64,000 nucleotides of DNA from Nitrospirota bacterium (GTDB taxonomy: Bacteria > Nitrospirota > Thermodesulfovibrionia > Thermodesulfovibrionales > Dissulfurispiraceae). Location of the stretch: positions 320,001 to 384,000 of the forward strand of contig CAWBMP010000002.1 in the NCBI GenBank assembly GCA_963790025.1, in the 5' to 3' direction. The translations under genes and the position numbers were made by a program. Below, one piece after another: positions 20,927 through 30,692 of this stretch. Position 1 is the stretch's first letter. Every line of letters begins with the position of its first letter. The notes beneath the pieces are model-generated. The model did no database searches. It saw only the letters and a list, made by a program, of their open reading frames with translations, and was not told the DNA's origin.

Positions 20927-21408
20927 TGCAATGCTGGCGTATTGTAAATAAGAAGTGGGCTGTCGATGCTTTCTCTGGCGAAGGAGCCCGCAACTATCCT
21001 GGACGATGGAACCTTTCAGGGACAAGCATGGTTTATTGTTCAGAAAACCTTTCCCTGGCGGCGTTAGAACTTTTTATGCGTGTCAAGGGGCATGGACGCT
21101 ATGTATCGTACGTACGCTTTCAAGTTGATATTCCTGATGATGTTACCGTCGAAATGGTCGATGCTAAATTACTACCTTCCCACTGGGACTGTGTTCCGCC
21201 ATTGCAGTATACGAGGGAGTTGGGGAGTAAATGGGTAATCGAGAAAAGAACTGCCGTCTTAAAGGTGCCATCAGTGGCAATACATGGTGAATTTAACGTG
21301 CTATTGAACCCTATGCACTCGGATTTTGCTAAAATTATAGTCCATAACCCTCCACAACCGTTCTCTTTCGACCCACGAATGTGGGAAGATAGCACTGGCG
21401 TGAAATAG
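20923..21408 (+). CDS. RES-domain toxin (NAD+ phosphorylase family)
   Basis: GEGA..YPGRWN, YCSENLSLAALE, VPS, N.LLNP.H, FDPR; 4-nt overlap with the antitoxin. Confidence 0.92.
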   Translation: MMQCWRIVNKKWAVDAFSGEGARNYPGRWNLSGTSMVYCSENLSLAALELFMRVKGHGRYVSYVRFQVDIPDDVTVEMVDAKLLPSHWDCVPPLQYTRELGSKWVIEKRTAVLKVPSVAIHGEFNVLLNPMHSDFAKIIVHNPPQPFSFDPRMWEDSTGVK

Positions 21409-21726
21409 CTCCTTATTTCTTCTGATATCCATTTCCTGTCAGCGCTTTTAATAGAGACTTACCTCTTGGTTCTTTTCGGTTAAGGTCCAGAGAACTAACC
21501 ACTGAGCATTTCCATTTGAAACATAGCATAGCTAAGTCCGTGTCTCCTCTCAAGAGTTCTGTGAGGAATTGACCGCAGTTGAACGCTCTCATTTTTTGCA
21601 GGATAGTGGACTCCGCATAAGGAAATTGCGGGACAGTATTTGTGGTTACAAAACTTGTCAACACAAATACCGTCTGCTGCAAATTTATGGCCTGGAAGAA
21701 ACCGAAAAAAATGTGCTGGCTTCAGA

Positions 21727-22965
21727 TCACGCCGATTCGGCCTTGTCCTCGTATACTAGAATAGCCCGATCTTTTTGTGCGATGGCCTCTTCGTTGATAA
21801 TGCATTCTGCAACGCCCCTCTTGGAAGGAATATCGTACATTACATCAAGCATCACGTCTTCAAGAATGGCCCTTAGACCGCGAGCGCCTGTCTTTCTCGC
21901 GATGGCTTTCTTGGCTATAGCGGTGAGCGCCCCTTCAGTAAACTTCAGCCTGACATTGTCCATCATAAGAAGTTTCTGATACTGCTTTACCAGCGCATTC
22001 CTGGGCTGCGTCAATATAGTTACCAGCGCGGCCTCATCCAGCTCTTCCAGCGTTGCCACGACAGGGAGACGGCCTACAAATTCAGGGATCAGTCCGTAGC
22101 GTATTAGGTCCTCCGGCTCGACAAGACCGAATACGTCCAGCGCCTTATCTTTATTGACGGGCACATCAGAAGAGAAGCCTATAGTCCTCTTGCCGGTCCT
22201 GCGCTCTATGATTGAATCGAGTCCAACAAATGCGCCACCGCACATAAAAAGGATATTCGAGGTGTCGAGCTGAATGTATTCCTGCTGGGGATGCTTTCTG
22301 CCGCCCTGAGGGGGGATATTCGCAACAGTCCCCTCGATTATTTTGAGGAGCGCCTGCTGGACCCCCTCGCCTGAGACATCTCTCGTGATTGAGGGGCTGT
22401 CAGACTTCCTGCTTATTTTGTCTATCTCATCAATATAGATGATTCCCCGCTGGGCCCGTTCCACATCATATTCGGCCGCCTGCAGCAATTTCAGGAGCAC
22501 ATTTTCAACATCCTCACCGACATAACCTGCCTCGGTCAGTGTCGTAGCGTCCGCTATGGTAAAGGGGACATCGAGATACCTGGCAAGTATCTGCGCAAGA
22601 AGTGTCTTTCCAGTGCCTGTAGGTCCAATCAGCAGTATATTGCTTTTTTGCAGCTCAACATCGGATTTAGCGCCCCGGAATATTCTTTTATAATGGTTGT
22701 GGACGGCAACGGACAATACCCTTTTTGCCTTTTCCTGTCCTATCACATAATCATTCAGGAATTTGTGGATCTCGCCCGGTGTCGGAAGCTTTTTGGAAAA
22801 CTCTTTATCGAGAACATGCAATTCCTCATCTATTATCTCATTGCAGAGACCAACGCACTCATCACAAATATATACGGTAGGCCCGGCAATCAGTTTCTTA
22901 ACCTCTTCCTGACCCTTCCCGCAAAAAGAGCATTTAAGCAATGCATCGTTAATCTTACGAGCCAT
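21727..22965 (-). CDS. clpX: ATP-dependent Clp protease ATPase
   Basis: CSFC...ICDEC Zn finger, [19 protein letters not shown]. Confidence 0.98.
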   Translation of the reverse strand: MARKINDALLKCSFCGKGQEEVKKLIAGPTVYICDECVGLCNEIIDEELHVLDKEFSKKLPTPGEIHKFLNDYVIGQEKAKRVLSVAVHNHYKRIFRGAKSDVELQKSNILLIGPTGTGKTLLAQILARYLDVPFTIADATTLTEAGYVGEDVENVLLKLLQAAEYDVERAQRGIIYIDEIDKISRKSDSPSITRDVSGEGVQQALLKIIEGTVANIPPQGGRKHPQQEYIQLDTSNILFMCGGAFVGLDSIIERRTGKRTIGFSSDVPVNKDKALDVFGLVEPEDLIRYGLIPEFVGRLPVVATLEELDEAALVTILTQPRNALVKQYQKLLMMDNVRLKFTEGALTAIAKKAIARKTGARGLRAILEDVMLDVMYDIPSKRGVAECIINEEAIAQKDRAILVYEDKAESA

Positions 22966-22980
22966 AACAACCTCCAGCCA

Positions 22981-23583
22981 CTATTTCTTTTCCTTTTTTT
23001 CTTTAACCGAAGCTATTACTTCATCCACAATGCCGTATGCCTTGGCATCCTCACCCGACATAAAATAATCTCTCTCTGTATCAGCGTGGATTTTCTCATA
23101 AGTCTGGCCGGTATGATTAGCCATAATAGCGTTCAGTGTCTCTTTCATTTTCAAAATCTCTTTTGCGTGGATTTCTACATCAGTAGCCTGTCCGTAAAAA
23201 CCCGCAGTGGGCTGATGAATCATGACCCGTGAATGGGGCAACGCGAACCGCTTGCCCTTTGTGCCTGCGCACAAAAGGAGAGCTCCCATGCTTGCAGCCT
23301 GGCCTATGCAGTAGGTTGCGATATCGGGCTTTACGAACTGCATGGTATCGTACATGGCAAGGCCCGCAGAAACAACTCCGCCCGGCGAATTGACATAAAT
23401 ATGAATATCTTTTTCAGGGTCCTCAGTCTGCAGGAAAAGCAGCTGGGCAATGACCACATTGGCCACATTGTCATCTATAGCTGTACCGATAAAGATTATT
23501 CTGTCCTTGAGCAGTCTTGAGTATATATCATAAACCCTCTCGGTACGCCCGGTCTGTTCAATTACAATTGGAACAATGCTCAT
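22981..23583 (-). CDS. clpP: Clp protease proteolytic subunit
   Basis: [22 protein letters not shown]. Confidence 0.98.
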   Translation of the reverse strand: MSIVPIVIEQTGRTERVYDIYSRLLKDRIIFIGTAIDDNVANVVIAQLLFLQTEDPEKDIHIYVNSPGGVVSAGLAMYDTMQFVKPDIATYCIGQAASMGALLLCAGTKGKRFALPHSRVMIHQPTAGFYGQATDVEIHAKEILKMKETLNAIMANHTGQTYEKIHADTERDYFMSGEDAKAYGIVDEVIASVKEKKEKK

Positions 23584-24839
23584 TGTATATTATTCTCCTT
23601 GGCCCCAGTTTCAATTTTCGCTTTGCCGAGCAGCACTGCAAGCGTCTTTCTCTCAAAAAGCGAATGCCGTAACCCCTCAAGCGAGCCGTCTTTTGTCACA
23701 TAATATTTTATAACATTTTCAGGAGTAATATGAAACCTTTGTGCCATACCGGCAATTTCTTCCTTGACTTCATCTTCTGAGACAGTCAGCCCTTCCTTTT
23801 CACCGATCATTTCCAGGAGCAAAGTCGCCTTAACACTTTTTTCCGCTTCGGGCCTGAACGTTTCTTTCAAGACCTCGTCAGACCTGTCATCTTTTCCCGA
23901 TGCCCGGATTTCGCTTACAATGCCGTGAAGCTGGTGATCAAGCATACTTTCAGGGACTTCAAACTGATATGTTTCAAGCAGTTTGTCAAGGACCTCCCGC
24001 TGCATCTCATTTTCAGCCCTTCTTTTTTTAGCATCTAAAATGTTACCTCTGACCCTTTCCTTTACCTGTGCCAGGTCCTGAAGCCCGAGATCTTTTGCAA
24101 ATTCGTCATCAAGGGCCGGGAGCGTCCGCTTTTTCATCTCCCTGACGCTGACTATAAAAGTTGGGGCTTTCCCTGCATAGGGTGATTGCATGTCCTCGGG
24201 AAAGACAGCTTGAATTTCAAGCTCCTCATCCTTTTTTCTTCCTATCAGTCCATCAAAGAACTCTTTCGGGTATGGGCCGCTGCCCACCTTTAAAACAACA
24301 TCTTTAACCAAAGAGTTGTCCTCTTTGACCGTATAATCAATAGTGACCAGGTCCCCAGTCTGCACAGGATCGTCCGATGCCTCATAAGTTGCACGCTCTT
24401 CGGCGAGAGTCTGCAAATAAGTATCCACTTCCTCGTCCTTGACTTCAACAGTAATATCCCTTACCGGGATGTCCTGATACACCAGATTTTCTATTTTAGG
24501 CATAACTTCGACTGTGAGCGTCATGGAAAGATCAGCATTCCTCTTGTAATCAAAAGATTCTTCTACGGCAGGCTGTGAAACAGGTTTTATGTCGGCCTCT
24601 TTCACCGCCCGCAAATAAAACTCGGGAACTATTTTTTCCAAAACTTCAGCCTCGATATCCTTGCTGAATTTTTTCTCTACCAGCGTCATCGGGGCCTTCC
24701 CCTGCCTGAACCCCGGGAATTTTGCCTTTTTCTGGGCATCAGCAAGACCCTTTCTGATCTCAGACTCTATTGAATCGGCCGGAATTTCTATTTTAAGCCG
24801 TTTCTTAGTTGATGATATGTCTTCGAGTACCTTTAACAA
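23580..24839 (-). CDS. tig: Trigger factor
   Basis: PGFRQGKAP signature; tig-clpP-clpX order; TTG start. Confidence 0.95.
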   Translation of the reverse strand: MLKVLEDISSTKKRLKIEIPADSIESEIRKGLADAQKKAKFPGFRQGKAPMTLVEKKFSKDIEAEVLEKIVPEFYLRAVKEADIKPVSQPAVEESFDYKRNADLSMTLTVEVMPKIENLVYQDIPVRDITVEVKDEEVDTYLQTLAEERATYEASDDPVQTGDLVTIDYTVKEDNSLVKDVVLKVGSGPYPKEFFDGLIGRKKDEELEIQAVFPEDMQSPYAGKAPTFIVSVREMKKRTLPALDDEFAKDLGLQDLAQVKERVRGNILDAKKRRAENEMQREVLDKLLETYQFEVPESMLDHQLHGIVSEIRASGKDDRSDEVLKETFRPEAEKSVKATLLLEMIGEKEGLTVSEDEVKEEIAGMAQRFHITPENVIKYYVTKDGSLEGLRHSLFERKTLAVLLGKAKIETGAKENNIQ

Positions 24840-24884
24840 TTTCTATTTCTCCTCCCGCAATTAGTGCTTGATCTGTAACACTTT

Positions 24885-24913
24885 AGTTTAACCTAACCCC
24901 CTGCCTTTGTCAA
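24885..24913 (-). promoter_or_regulatory. sigma70 promoter of tig-clpPX
   Basis: TTGACA-N17-TAAACT on the minus strand. Confidence 0.7.
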
Positions 24914-24941
24914 TTTTTGGCGGTACATTTCCCCGTTGGGC

Positions 24942-25325
24942 CTATTTTGCGGGCTTATTTTGAATGCGTTTCCCGTCTGTCCAAATTGCCCCCTCAAGGT
25001 CAGCCCTGGTCAGGTCCGCCCCGCTAAGACGGGCCCCTTCAAGGTTCGCCCAGTTCAACTTAGCCCCTCTCAGGCTTGCCCTGCTCAAGTTCGCACTGCT
25101 CAGGTCCGCCCCGCTAAGATTGGTCCTGCTCAGATTCGCCCCTTCCAGATTGGCCCTGCTCAGATTCGCCCCGCTTAGGTCCGCCCCGTTCAGGTCACAA
25201 CGGACACATGCATTGGTGTTACTCAATTTTGCCAAATCAGATGCGTTAAACCCATATGCGACAGTTCCCATTAAGACCAGACAAATTACGGCCATCCCAA
25301 TTCCTGTCATGTTTCTTCCCTGCAT
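24942..25325 (-). CDS. Exported pentapeptide-repeat protein
   Basis: Signal peptide, CVRC, then A(D/N)LxG/R pentapeptides. Confidence 0.9.
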   Translation of the reverse strand: MQGRNMTGIGMAVICLVLMGTVAYGFNASDLAKLSNTNACVRCDLNGADLSGANLSRANLEGANLSRTNLSGADLSSANLSRASLRGAKLNWANLEGARLSGADLTRADLEGAIWTDGKRIQNKPAK

Positions 25326-25385
25326 GTCTTACCTCCCGTGTAAAAAGTAGTAAATGACACAGCGCAAATGATTATAGCATTTGGA

Positions 25386-25865
25386 TTAGTCTTCGGAAAG
25401 CAGGGCGATAATGCTGTTGGCGGTCTGTTTGACCATCGGCGACATCTTCTCTCCACAGAAGACGCTTCCGGCCTGAATACCTATAAAATAAACACCGGCA
25501 TCGGTATCTTCGGCCAGGATTTTTGCTACGGCCCTGATAGGAAAAGCATGTGTGCTCAGCGTGCTCTCCGGAATAAATTGTTCGGATATCACCCGCGCTT
25601 CTCCCGGCAGACCTCCGAAATCGGCAGCGTCTATAATAACTGTCCGGGCAGGTCTTAACGATGCAGCATGATCCAGGACCGTTTCCGGCCTCTCGCCGGC
25701 ATCAATAATGCGTATCCCCTTTTTCGGTGAATGAACGTGCTTTGCTATATATGGCCCAACGCCGTCATCGGACCTAAAGTCGTTACCCACTGTAAGTATG
25801 AGCACAATGCCGGATTCAGGCTGCTGCAAAATTTCAATTACGTCATCGGTTAGTGAATTGCACAT
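25386..25865 (-). CDS. Hydrogenase maturation protease (HycI-like)
   Basis: VGNDFRSDDGVG, RPE, IIDAADFG, STH. Confidence 0.9.
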   Translation of the reverse strand: MCNSLTDDVIEILQQPESGIVLILTVGNDFRSDDGVGPYIAKHVHSPKKGIRIIDAGERPETVLDHAASLRPARTVIIDAADFGGLPGEARVISEQFIPESTLSTHAFPIRAVAKILAEDTDAGVYFIGIQAGSVFCGEKMSPMVKQTANSIIALLSED

Positions 25866-27171
25866 TCAGCATATGCGTTGAGCAGGATATGCAGGGGTCA
25901 TAAGCCCTGACCAGCATCTCAAGGGCAAGCGTTATCTGTTCATCGCTCCTGGTAATTATTTCCGGGACCAGCTTCTCCATATCAAGCTCAATATTCCTGA
26001 GGTTCTGGTTGGTGGGAATCACACAGTTGGCGTCTACAATTATGCCCTTTTCATCAATACTATAGTTATGGAACAATGTTCCGCGCGGCACTTCGACAGC
26101 GCCCACTCCATTCCCCGCTTTTACCGGAATCCTGGACTGTTCATTAAGCCCTACAAGTATCTCCTCATCATAATTAACACCATTATTTTTAAAGAATTCC
26201 ACTATCCCGATCGCCTCTTCAAGACAATGCACCGACTCAATAAGCTGCGCCGCAGTATTCATATATGGATTGATACATTTGGGGCTGAGGTTAAGGGCAG
26301 CGGCAACTTCCCTGGCCCTGGGATGAAGCCTTTCATAATTCAGATTAAAACGAGCAAGTGCGCCCACTGCATATGAACTCCGGCTCAGCTTTGTATGCTT
26401 TGCCGAAGAGTGGGCGACGATATATTCATTTGTAATTTTTTTATAGTCGCTTTTAGGCATTCTGACGCCGTCTGTTGAGCCGATATCGCCCATGAGAAGC
26501 GGGTATTCGCTGTCGTCTTGCACCAGTCCCACATACTCGGTATCGCGCTGGAACTCAGGAAATTTCAGGGTGGCCGCCAGTTCTACAGTGGCATTCAGAT
26601 CAGGCTGCAGGCCCCTGAGCAGGTTCAGCATGGCATCGAGGTCGCAGGCACGGGGCAGCTTGGTAAAACCGCCAACGATTGCGGATATGGGATGTACATG
26701 ACGGCCAACCAATATGTCGCAGACATCGTTGCAGGCTTTTTTCATCCGGAGTGCCCTCCGGACGACGTTTGTATGCGTATCGATCAACGGCACAAAACTC
26801 TTCACGCCAAGCAGGTCCGGTGCTGCGAGGAGATAAATATGCAGAATGTGGCTGTCTAACATCTCGAAATGGAGCAGGAGCTTTCTCAGCCTTACTGTCT
26901 GGTCCGACGGTGCAATACCCAAGGCATCTTCCGCCGCCTGGATCGATGCAAGGGTGTGTCCGCATGAGCAGATGCCGCATATCCTAGCTGTAATATGCTG
27001 CGCCTCGAACACAGAACGTCCCCTGAGCATGCCTTCGAAGAAGCGCGGGGCCTCGACAATGTCCAGTCGACATGTCTCAAGCCTTCCTTCTTTAACGTCA
27101 ACAACAATATTACCGTGCCCCTCGACCCGTGTCAGATATTCAACGTTAATCTTTACATTACGATTGCTCAT
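25843..27171 (-). CDS. Group 3b NiFe hydrogenase large (alpha) subunit
   Basis: TRVEGHG, RICGIC, VEVPRG, DPCISCSTH plus cleavable tail. Confidence 0.95.
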   Translation of the reverse strand: MSNRNVKINVEYLTRVEGHGNIVVDVKEGRLETCRLDIVEAPRFFEGMLRGRSVFEAQHITARICGICSCGHTLASIQAAEDALGIAPSDQTVRLRKLLLHFEMLDSHILHIYLLAAPDLLGVKSFVPLIDTHTNVVRRALRMKKACNDVCDILVGRHVHPISAIVGGFTKLPRACDLDAMLNLLRGLQPDLNATVELAATLKFPEFQRDTEYVGLVQDDSEYPLLMGDIGSTDGVRMPKSDYKKITNEYIVAHSSAKHTKLSRSSYAVGALARFNLNYERLHPRAREVAAALNLSPKCINPYMNTAAQLIESVHCLEEAIGIVEFFKNNGVNYDEEILVGLNEQSRIPVKAGNGVGAVEVPRGTLFHNYSIDEKGIIVDANCVIPTNQNLRNIELDMEKLVPEIITRSDEQITLALEMLVRAYDPCISCSTHMLNVQFTNR

Positions 27172-27913
27172 TTTTGTCCAGCTCCCTGCACTCGTTATAC
27201 ATATCCATCTTCTTGATTACCATATCCTGAGAAATGCGGTATTTACGGAGTACATCCTGCGCTCCTTCCTCATTGGGGTTGCTCAGCATGCCCCTGCAGC
27301 CGTAGCAGATATTTCCGTTATTGATACACCAAGAGTTGCAGCCGGCCTTTGTCACGGGACCGAGACAGGTCACCCCTTTGTCGTACATGCAGACGTTTTC
27401 ATTCAATTTACATTCAACGCATACGGCGTAATCCGGGACATAATACGGTATGCCAAGGAGTATGGCCTTCAGCACCTCCACAAACTCGGGAATGTAGACA
27501 GGGCATCCGTTCACGAAATAATCAACCGGCACTACCTGGTGGACGGCCCGCGTTTTCCCAGTGGGAAAAAAGCCGTATTCCGCTCCATACACATAGCGCC
27601 GAATATCCTCCAGGTCAACACTGTTCTTTATACCGTTCACACCGCCTATCGTAGCACAGGAGCCATAGGCAACCATGACCGTTGACCTGTCCCGTATCTG
27701 CTTTATCCGCTCAACAGCATGCTTATTGGTTATGCTTCCTTCTATTATCGCAACGTCAAGCGGGCCGTCCCACTGTTCGGACATTACCTCTCGGAACTCC
27801 ACCACATCGATTCGGTCCAGAACCTCCAGCAATGTCTCGCCCATGTTGGCAACCTGGAGCTGGCATCCCTCACAGCAGGCAAAATCGAAAAAAGCCACCT
27901 TCTTCTTTTTCAT
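27158..27913 (-). CDS. Group 3b hydrogenase small (delta) subunit
   Basis: CCEGC, EGS, GSCATIGG, GCP, VCVEC, CLGPVTKAGC, CYGCRG. Confidence 0.92.
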   Translation of the reverse strand: MKKKKVAFFDFACCEGCQLQVANMGETLLEVLDRIDVVEFREVMSEQWDGPLDVAIIEGSITNKHAVERIKQIRDRSTVMVAYGSCATIGGVNGIKNSVDLEDIRRYVYGAEYGFFPTGKTRAVHQVVPVDYFVNGCPVYIPEFVEVLKAILLGIPYYVPDYAVCVECKLNENVCMYDKGVTCLGPVTKAGCNSWCINNGNICYGCRGMLSNPNEEGAQDVLRKYRISQDMVIKKMDMYNECRELDKNEQS

Positions 27914-27914
27914 C

Positions 27915-28751
27915 TCACAGCGCCTCGCTAATGTTTTTGATGTCCCCATAATTGAAAACCGGACCGTCCTGGCAGCAATATAGATTGTCGATTTGACAGC
28001 GGCCGCATTTTCCCATCCCGCATTTCATATTGCGCTCAAAGGAGACAAGTATCTGGCGCTCAGGTATCCCCTTGAGAAGTAATTCTTTTATTACAAACTT
28101 GTACATTATGGGCGGACCGACTATCACGGCAAATGTTCGTGCAGGATCGAGGTGAATGCCGGGAATCAGGGTAGTGATACGGCCCACGTGACCCGCCCAA
28201 TCAGGGGCTCCACTGTCCACAGTACACTCATAATACACATCCATCCGTTTTCTCCAGTGCTCAACTTCATCGAGAAAAAGCATGTCTTGTGGTGTCTTGC
28301 AGCCCAGCAATATATGCACCTTTCCGAAGTCCCGCCGGTTATCGAGGACATAATTGATCAGTGACCTGAGCGGGGCAATGCCGAGACCTCCCGCTATGAT
28401 CAGCAGATCATTACCCTCAAGTATCCTGATGGGGAAACCCTTACCGTAAGGCCCCCTGATACCAACTTCATCCCCTGCTTCGAGATGGTGCATTGCACGT
28501 GTAACCTTTCCCACCGCTCTCACCAGGACATCAAACGATCCCCGTTTTGTTGGAGATGATGCTATAGATATGGGGACCTCACCAGCCCCGAAAACAGAGA
28601 TCATTATAAACTGTCCCGGCTCGTAATCAAGGTTCTCCGTCATGTCCAGAGCAATTTCAAACAGTCTTTCCTGAGATGTCATCTGCTTTGTGCGGAGGAG
28701 CGTTCCTTTCTTGAACCGGTAATTCGAGTCCTTTATAACCACTTTTTCCAT
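27915..28751 (-). CDS. Group 3b hydrogenase gamma subunit (FAD/NAD(P)-binding, 2Fe-2S)
   Basis: PGQF, RGPYG, AGGLGIAP, CGMGKCGRC...C.DGPVF. Confidence 0.92.
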   Translation of the reverse strand: MEKVVIKDSNYRFKKGTLLRTKQMTSQERLFEIALDMTENLDYEPGQFIMISVFGAGEVPISIASSPTKRGSFDVLVRAVGKVTRAMHHLEAGDEVGIRGPYGKGFPIRILEGNDLLIIAGGLGIAPLRSLINYVLDNRRDFGKVHILLGCKTPQDMLFLDEVEHWRKRMDVYYECTVDSGAPDWAGHVGRITTLIPGIHLDPARTFAVIVGPPIMYKFVIKELLLKGIPERQILVSFERNMKCGMGKCGRCQIDNLYCCQDGPVFNYGDIKNISEAL

Positions 28752-29815
28752 ATCTTGAGATCACTCTCCTTTATCATAGCCTCCAGAGTCTCCTTAAGCT
28801 TTATCCCGGCCATACAGGTGCGGCTGCATCTTCCGCAGCCCGTGCAGAAAAACCGCGAGAATTTATCAACAGGGTATCTGAACTTGCGGTAATAGCGATG
28901 CCTCTGGCGCGCCGAGCGTTCCTTGCGAAAGTTTTCACCGCCCGCCACCCTGGCAAAAGGCTCAAGCTGGCAGGAATCCCAACGACGGTAGCGTCTCCCT
29001 CTCTTCAGATCTAAGTCCACCTCATCAACAATATCGTAACAGTAACATGTAGGGCATACAGCAGTGCAATTACCACAGCCCAGGCACCGGTCCTTAAGCT
29101 CAGTCCACACCATACTTCCCTTTGATCTGTCAAAGAGCTCAGGAATATCATGGTAATCAATCGGCAGTTCCCGCCTGAAAATGTTTCTCTTTTTCTCTCT
29201 CAAAAGTCCGAGTTCTTCCATGTGCCCTTCGTTCGCCGGCTCGCTGCATTTTACCGCTTCTATTGTCTCCTCCCCTGCCTGGGTATTTATATGGACTATG
29301 AAGTAATCGCCCAAATCGGTAAAGAACAGATCATATCCTCCACTCGGCAAATAAGCGTTCACAAGGGCGCAACTCGCGTATTCATCACAATATTCATTAC
29401 ATTCCAGACCCATTATATTTATATTCCGCTTGTGCATAAGATAGTTGTAATCTCTCGGGCGTTCCGAAAAAACCATGTTCAGGCATTGGATTCCGGCAAG
29501 GTCACACGTATGGACCCCGAAAATCGTCATTTTTTCATATTCTACAACGGCCTCGGCAAACAGTCCTTTGCTTGTGTCAAACTCCAAAAGCGTCTCCCGC
29601 TGCGGCATAAAAAACTTTTTAGGTGGTAAAATAGTCGGGATATATTTTAGTGCGATGCTGTCTCCTGAGGTGACCGCCCCAAAGGAAAAATTTTTATACC
29701 CCCTGGATACCGGCGCAACCACCTTTTGGATTTTTGAAAGTCTCGATATAAAACTATTAAACTGCTCTTTTTTGATTACGACATATTGCAAATCTTTCAT
29801 ATGTCCCTCACACAC
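28733..29815 (-). CDS. Group 3b hydrogenase beta subunit (4Fe-4S dicluster, AsrA-like)
   Basis: CLGCGNCTAVCPTCYC, RRWDSC, CTGCGRCSRTC. Confidence 0.92.
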   Translation of the reverse strand: MCEGHMKDLQYVVIKKEQFNSFISRLSKIQKVVAPVSRGYKNFSFGAVTSGDSIALKYIPTILPPKKFFMPQRETLLEFDTSKGLFAEAVVEYEKMTIFGVHTCDLAGIQCLNMVFSERPRDYNYLMHKRNINIMGLECNEYCDEYASCALVNAYLPSGGYDLFFTDLGDYFIVHINTQAGEETIEAVKCSEPANEGHMEELGLLREKKRNIFRRELPIDYHDIPELFDRSKGSMVWTELKDRCLGCGNCTAVCPTCYCYDIVDEVDLDLKRGRRYRRWDSCQLEPFARVAGGENFRKERSARQRHRYYRKFRYPVDKFSRFFCTGCGRCSRTCMAGIKLKETLEAMIKESDLKIWKKWL

Positions 29816-29818
29816 CTC

Positions 29819-30079
29819 TTACCCATATTTCACCTTAAAATAGAGGATCACCAAAATAAAGAGAAAAGATACACTATTTGCGGCAACAAGCGGGAGATTG
29901 CGTAAAAAAAAGCCGTATACCATCCAGAGAAATACACCGGTACCCAGTATAAGATACATCAGCAGAGAGATGTCCCTTGTCTCTTTCATTTTCCAGGATT
30001 TGATCAACTGGGGGACAAGTGATGTGGTGGTCAGTGCAGCCGCCACTAATCCGATCAGGGTAATGCCATCAGGTTGCAT
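29819..30079 (-). CDS. SemiSWEET/PQ-loop transporter
   Basis: LTT.SLVPQLIKSWK.KETRDIS, LWMVYG, AN motif; three TM helices. Confidence 0.92.
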   Translation of the reverse strand: MQPDGITLIGLVAAALTTTSLVPQLIKSWKMKETRDISLLMYLILGTGVFLWMVYGFFLRNLPLVAANSVSFLFILVILYFKVKYG

Positions 30080-30114
30080 AATTAATTATAACCCATGGCA
30101 AGGTGTCGAAATAC

Positions 30115-30143
30115 AAAAAAAAGCGGCTGAAGTCGCCGCTTTT
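30115..30143 (-). terminator. Rho-independent terminator of the ribosomal superoperon
   Basis: AAAAGCGGC-gacttca-GCCGCTTTTTTT on the minus strand. Confidence 0.85.
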
Positions 30144-30276
30144 ATTTGCAATTTTTGGATTTTCCCGAATCCTTGCGGGAAACAGCTCAGGTGGGGACCC
30201 CCAGCCTGGGCAATACAAACAACTGAACGATTACCCAAACGACAAGAATGATGGCGCCCAAAAAGATGTCATTCAT
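30142..30276 (-). CDS. Small single-TM protein, candidate selenoprotein (29 aa to TGA, 44 aa with read-through)
   Basis: ATGA overlap with the rplQ stop, GGAG RBS; MNDIFLGAIILVVWVIVQLFVLPRLGVPT-TGA-AVSRKDSGKSKNCK-TAA; hairpin after the TGA. Confidence 0.65.
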
Positions 30277-30674
30277 TTCTTCTCCGCTGTTTTTTCCGCA
30301 ATCTTGGGAACCGCACTTTCATAATCAATAAACTCTATAATCGCCATTGGGGCACGGTCATTGACCCTCTGCCGGGTCTGAACGATCCTTAAGTATCCCC
30401 CATTCCTATCGGCAAATCTCGGTGCTATATCCGAGAAAAGTTTCGATACAACTGTTCTGTTGGGTATATATGACAGCACCATTCTTTTTGCATGAAGGTC
30501 GCCCCGCTTGCCAAAAGAAACCAGTTCTTCAGCTATGCTCTTAATGGCCTTGGCCTTCGCAAGGGTTGTCTCTATTCTCTGGTGTTCAAAGAGCGATGAT
30601 ACGAGGCCGCGGAGTAATGCCTTCCTCTGGTTCGCGGTCCTTCCGAAATGCCTGCTTGCCACTTTATGATTCAT
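30273..30674 (-). CDS. rplQ: 50S ribosomal protein L17
   Basis: RIETTLAKAK, RNGGYLRI; follows rpoA. Confidence 0.97.
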   Translation of the reverse strand: MNHKVASRHFGRTANQRKALLRGLVSSLFEHQRIETTLAKAKAIKSIAEELVSFGKRGDLHAKRMVLSYIPNRTVVSKLFSDIAPRFADRNGGYLRIVQTRQRVNDRAPMAIIEFIDYESAVPKIAEKTAEKK

Positions 30675-30692
30675 GGTTACTCATTACCTCCA

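Noticed and set aside
21413..21682. 89-aa ORF between the RES toxin and clpX
   Set aside because: No clear RBS or motif; probably spurious or a remnant.
24942..25200. 15/30-bp periodic repeats resembling an array
   Set aside because: They encode pentapeptide repeats; no spacers or cas genes.
25843..27913. NiFeSe hydrogenase
   Set aside because: All ligand positions are Cys codons (DPCISC); no in-frame TGA.
30140..30270. Riboswitch, 6S, SRP or L17-downstream-element RNA after rplQ
   Set aside because: I could not match the conserved motifs of these families; a coupled hydrophobic ORF explains the region better.
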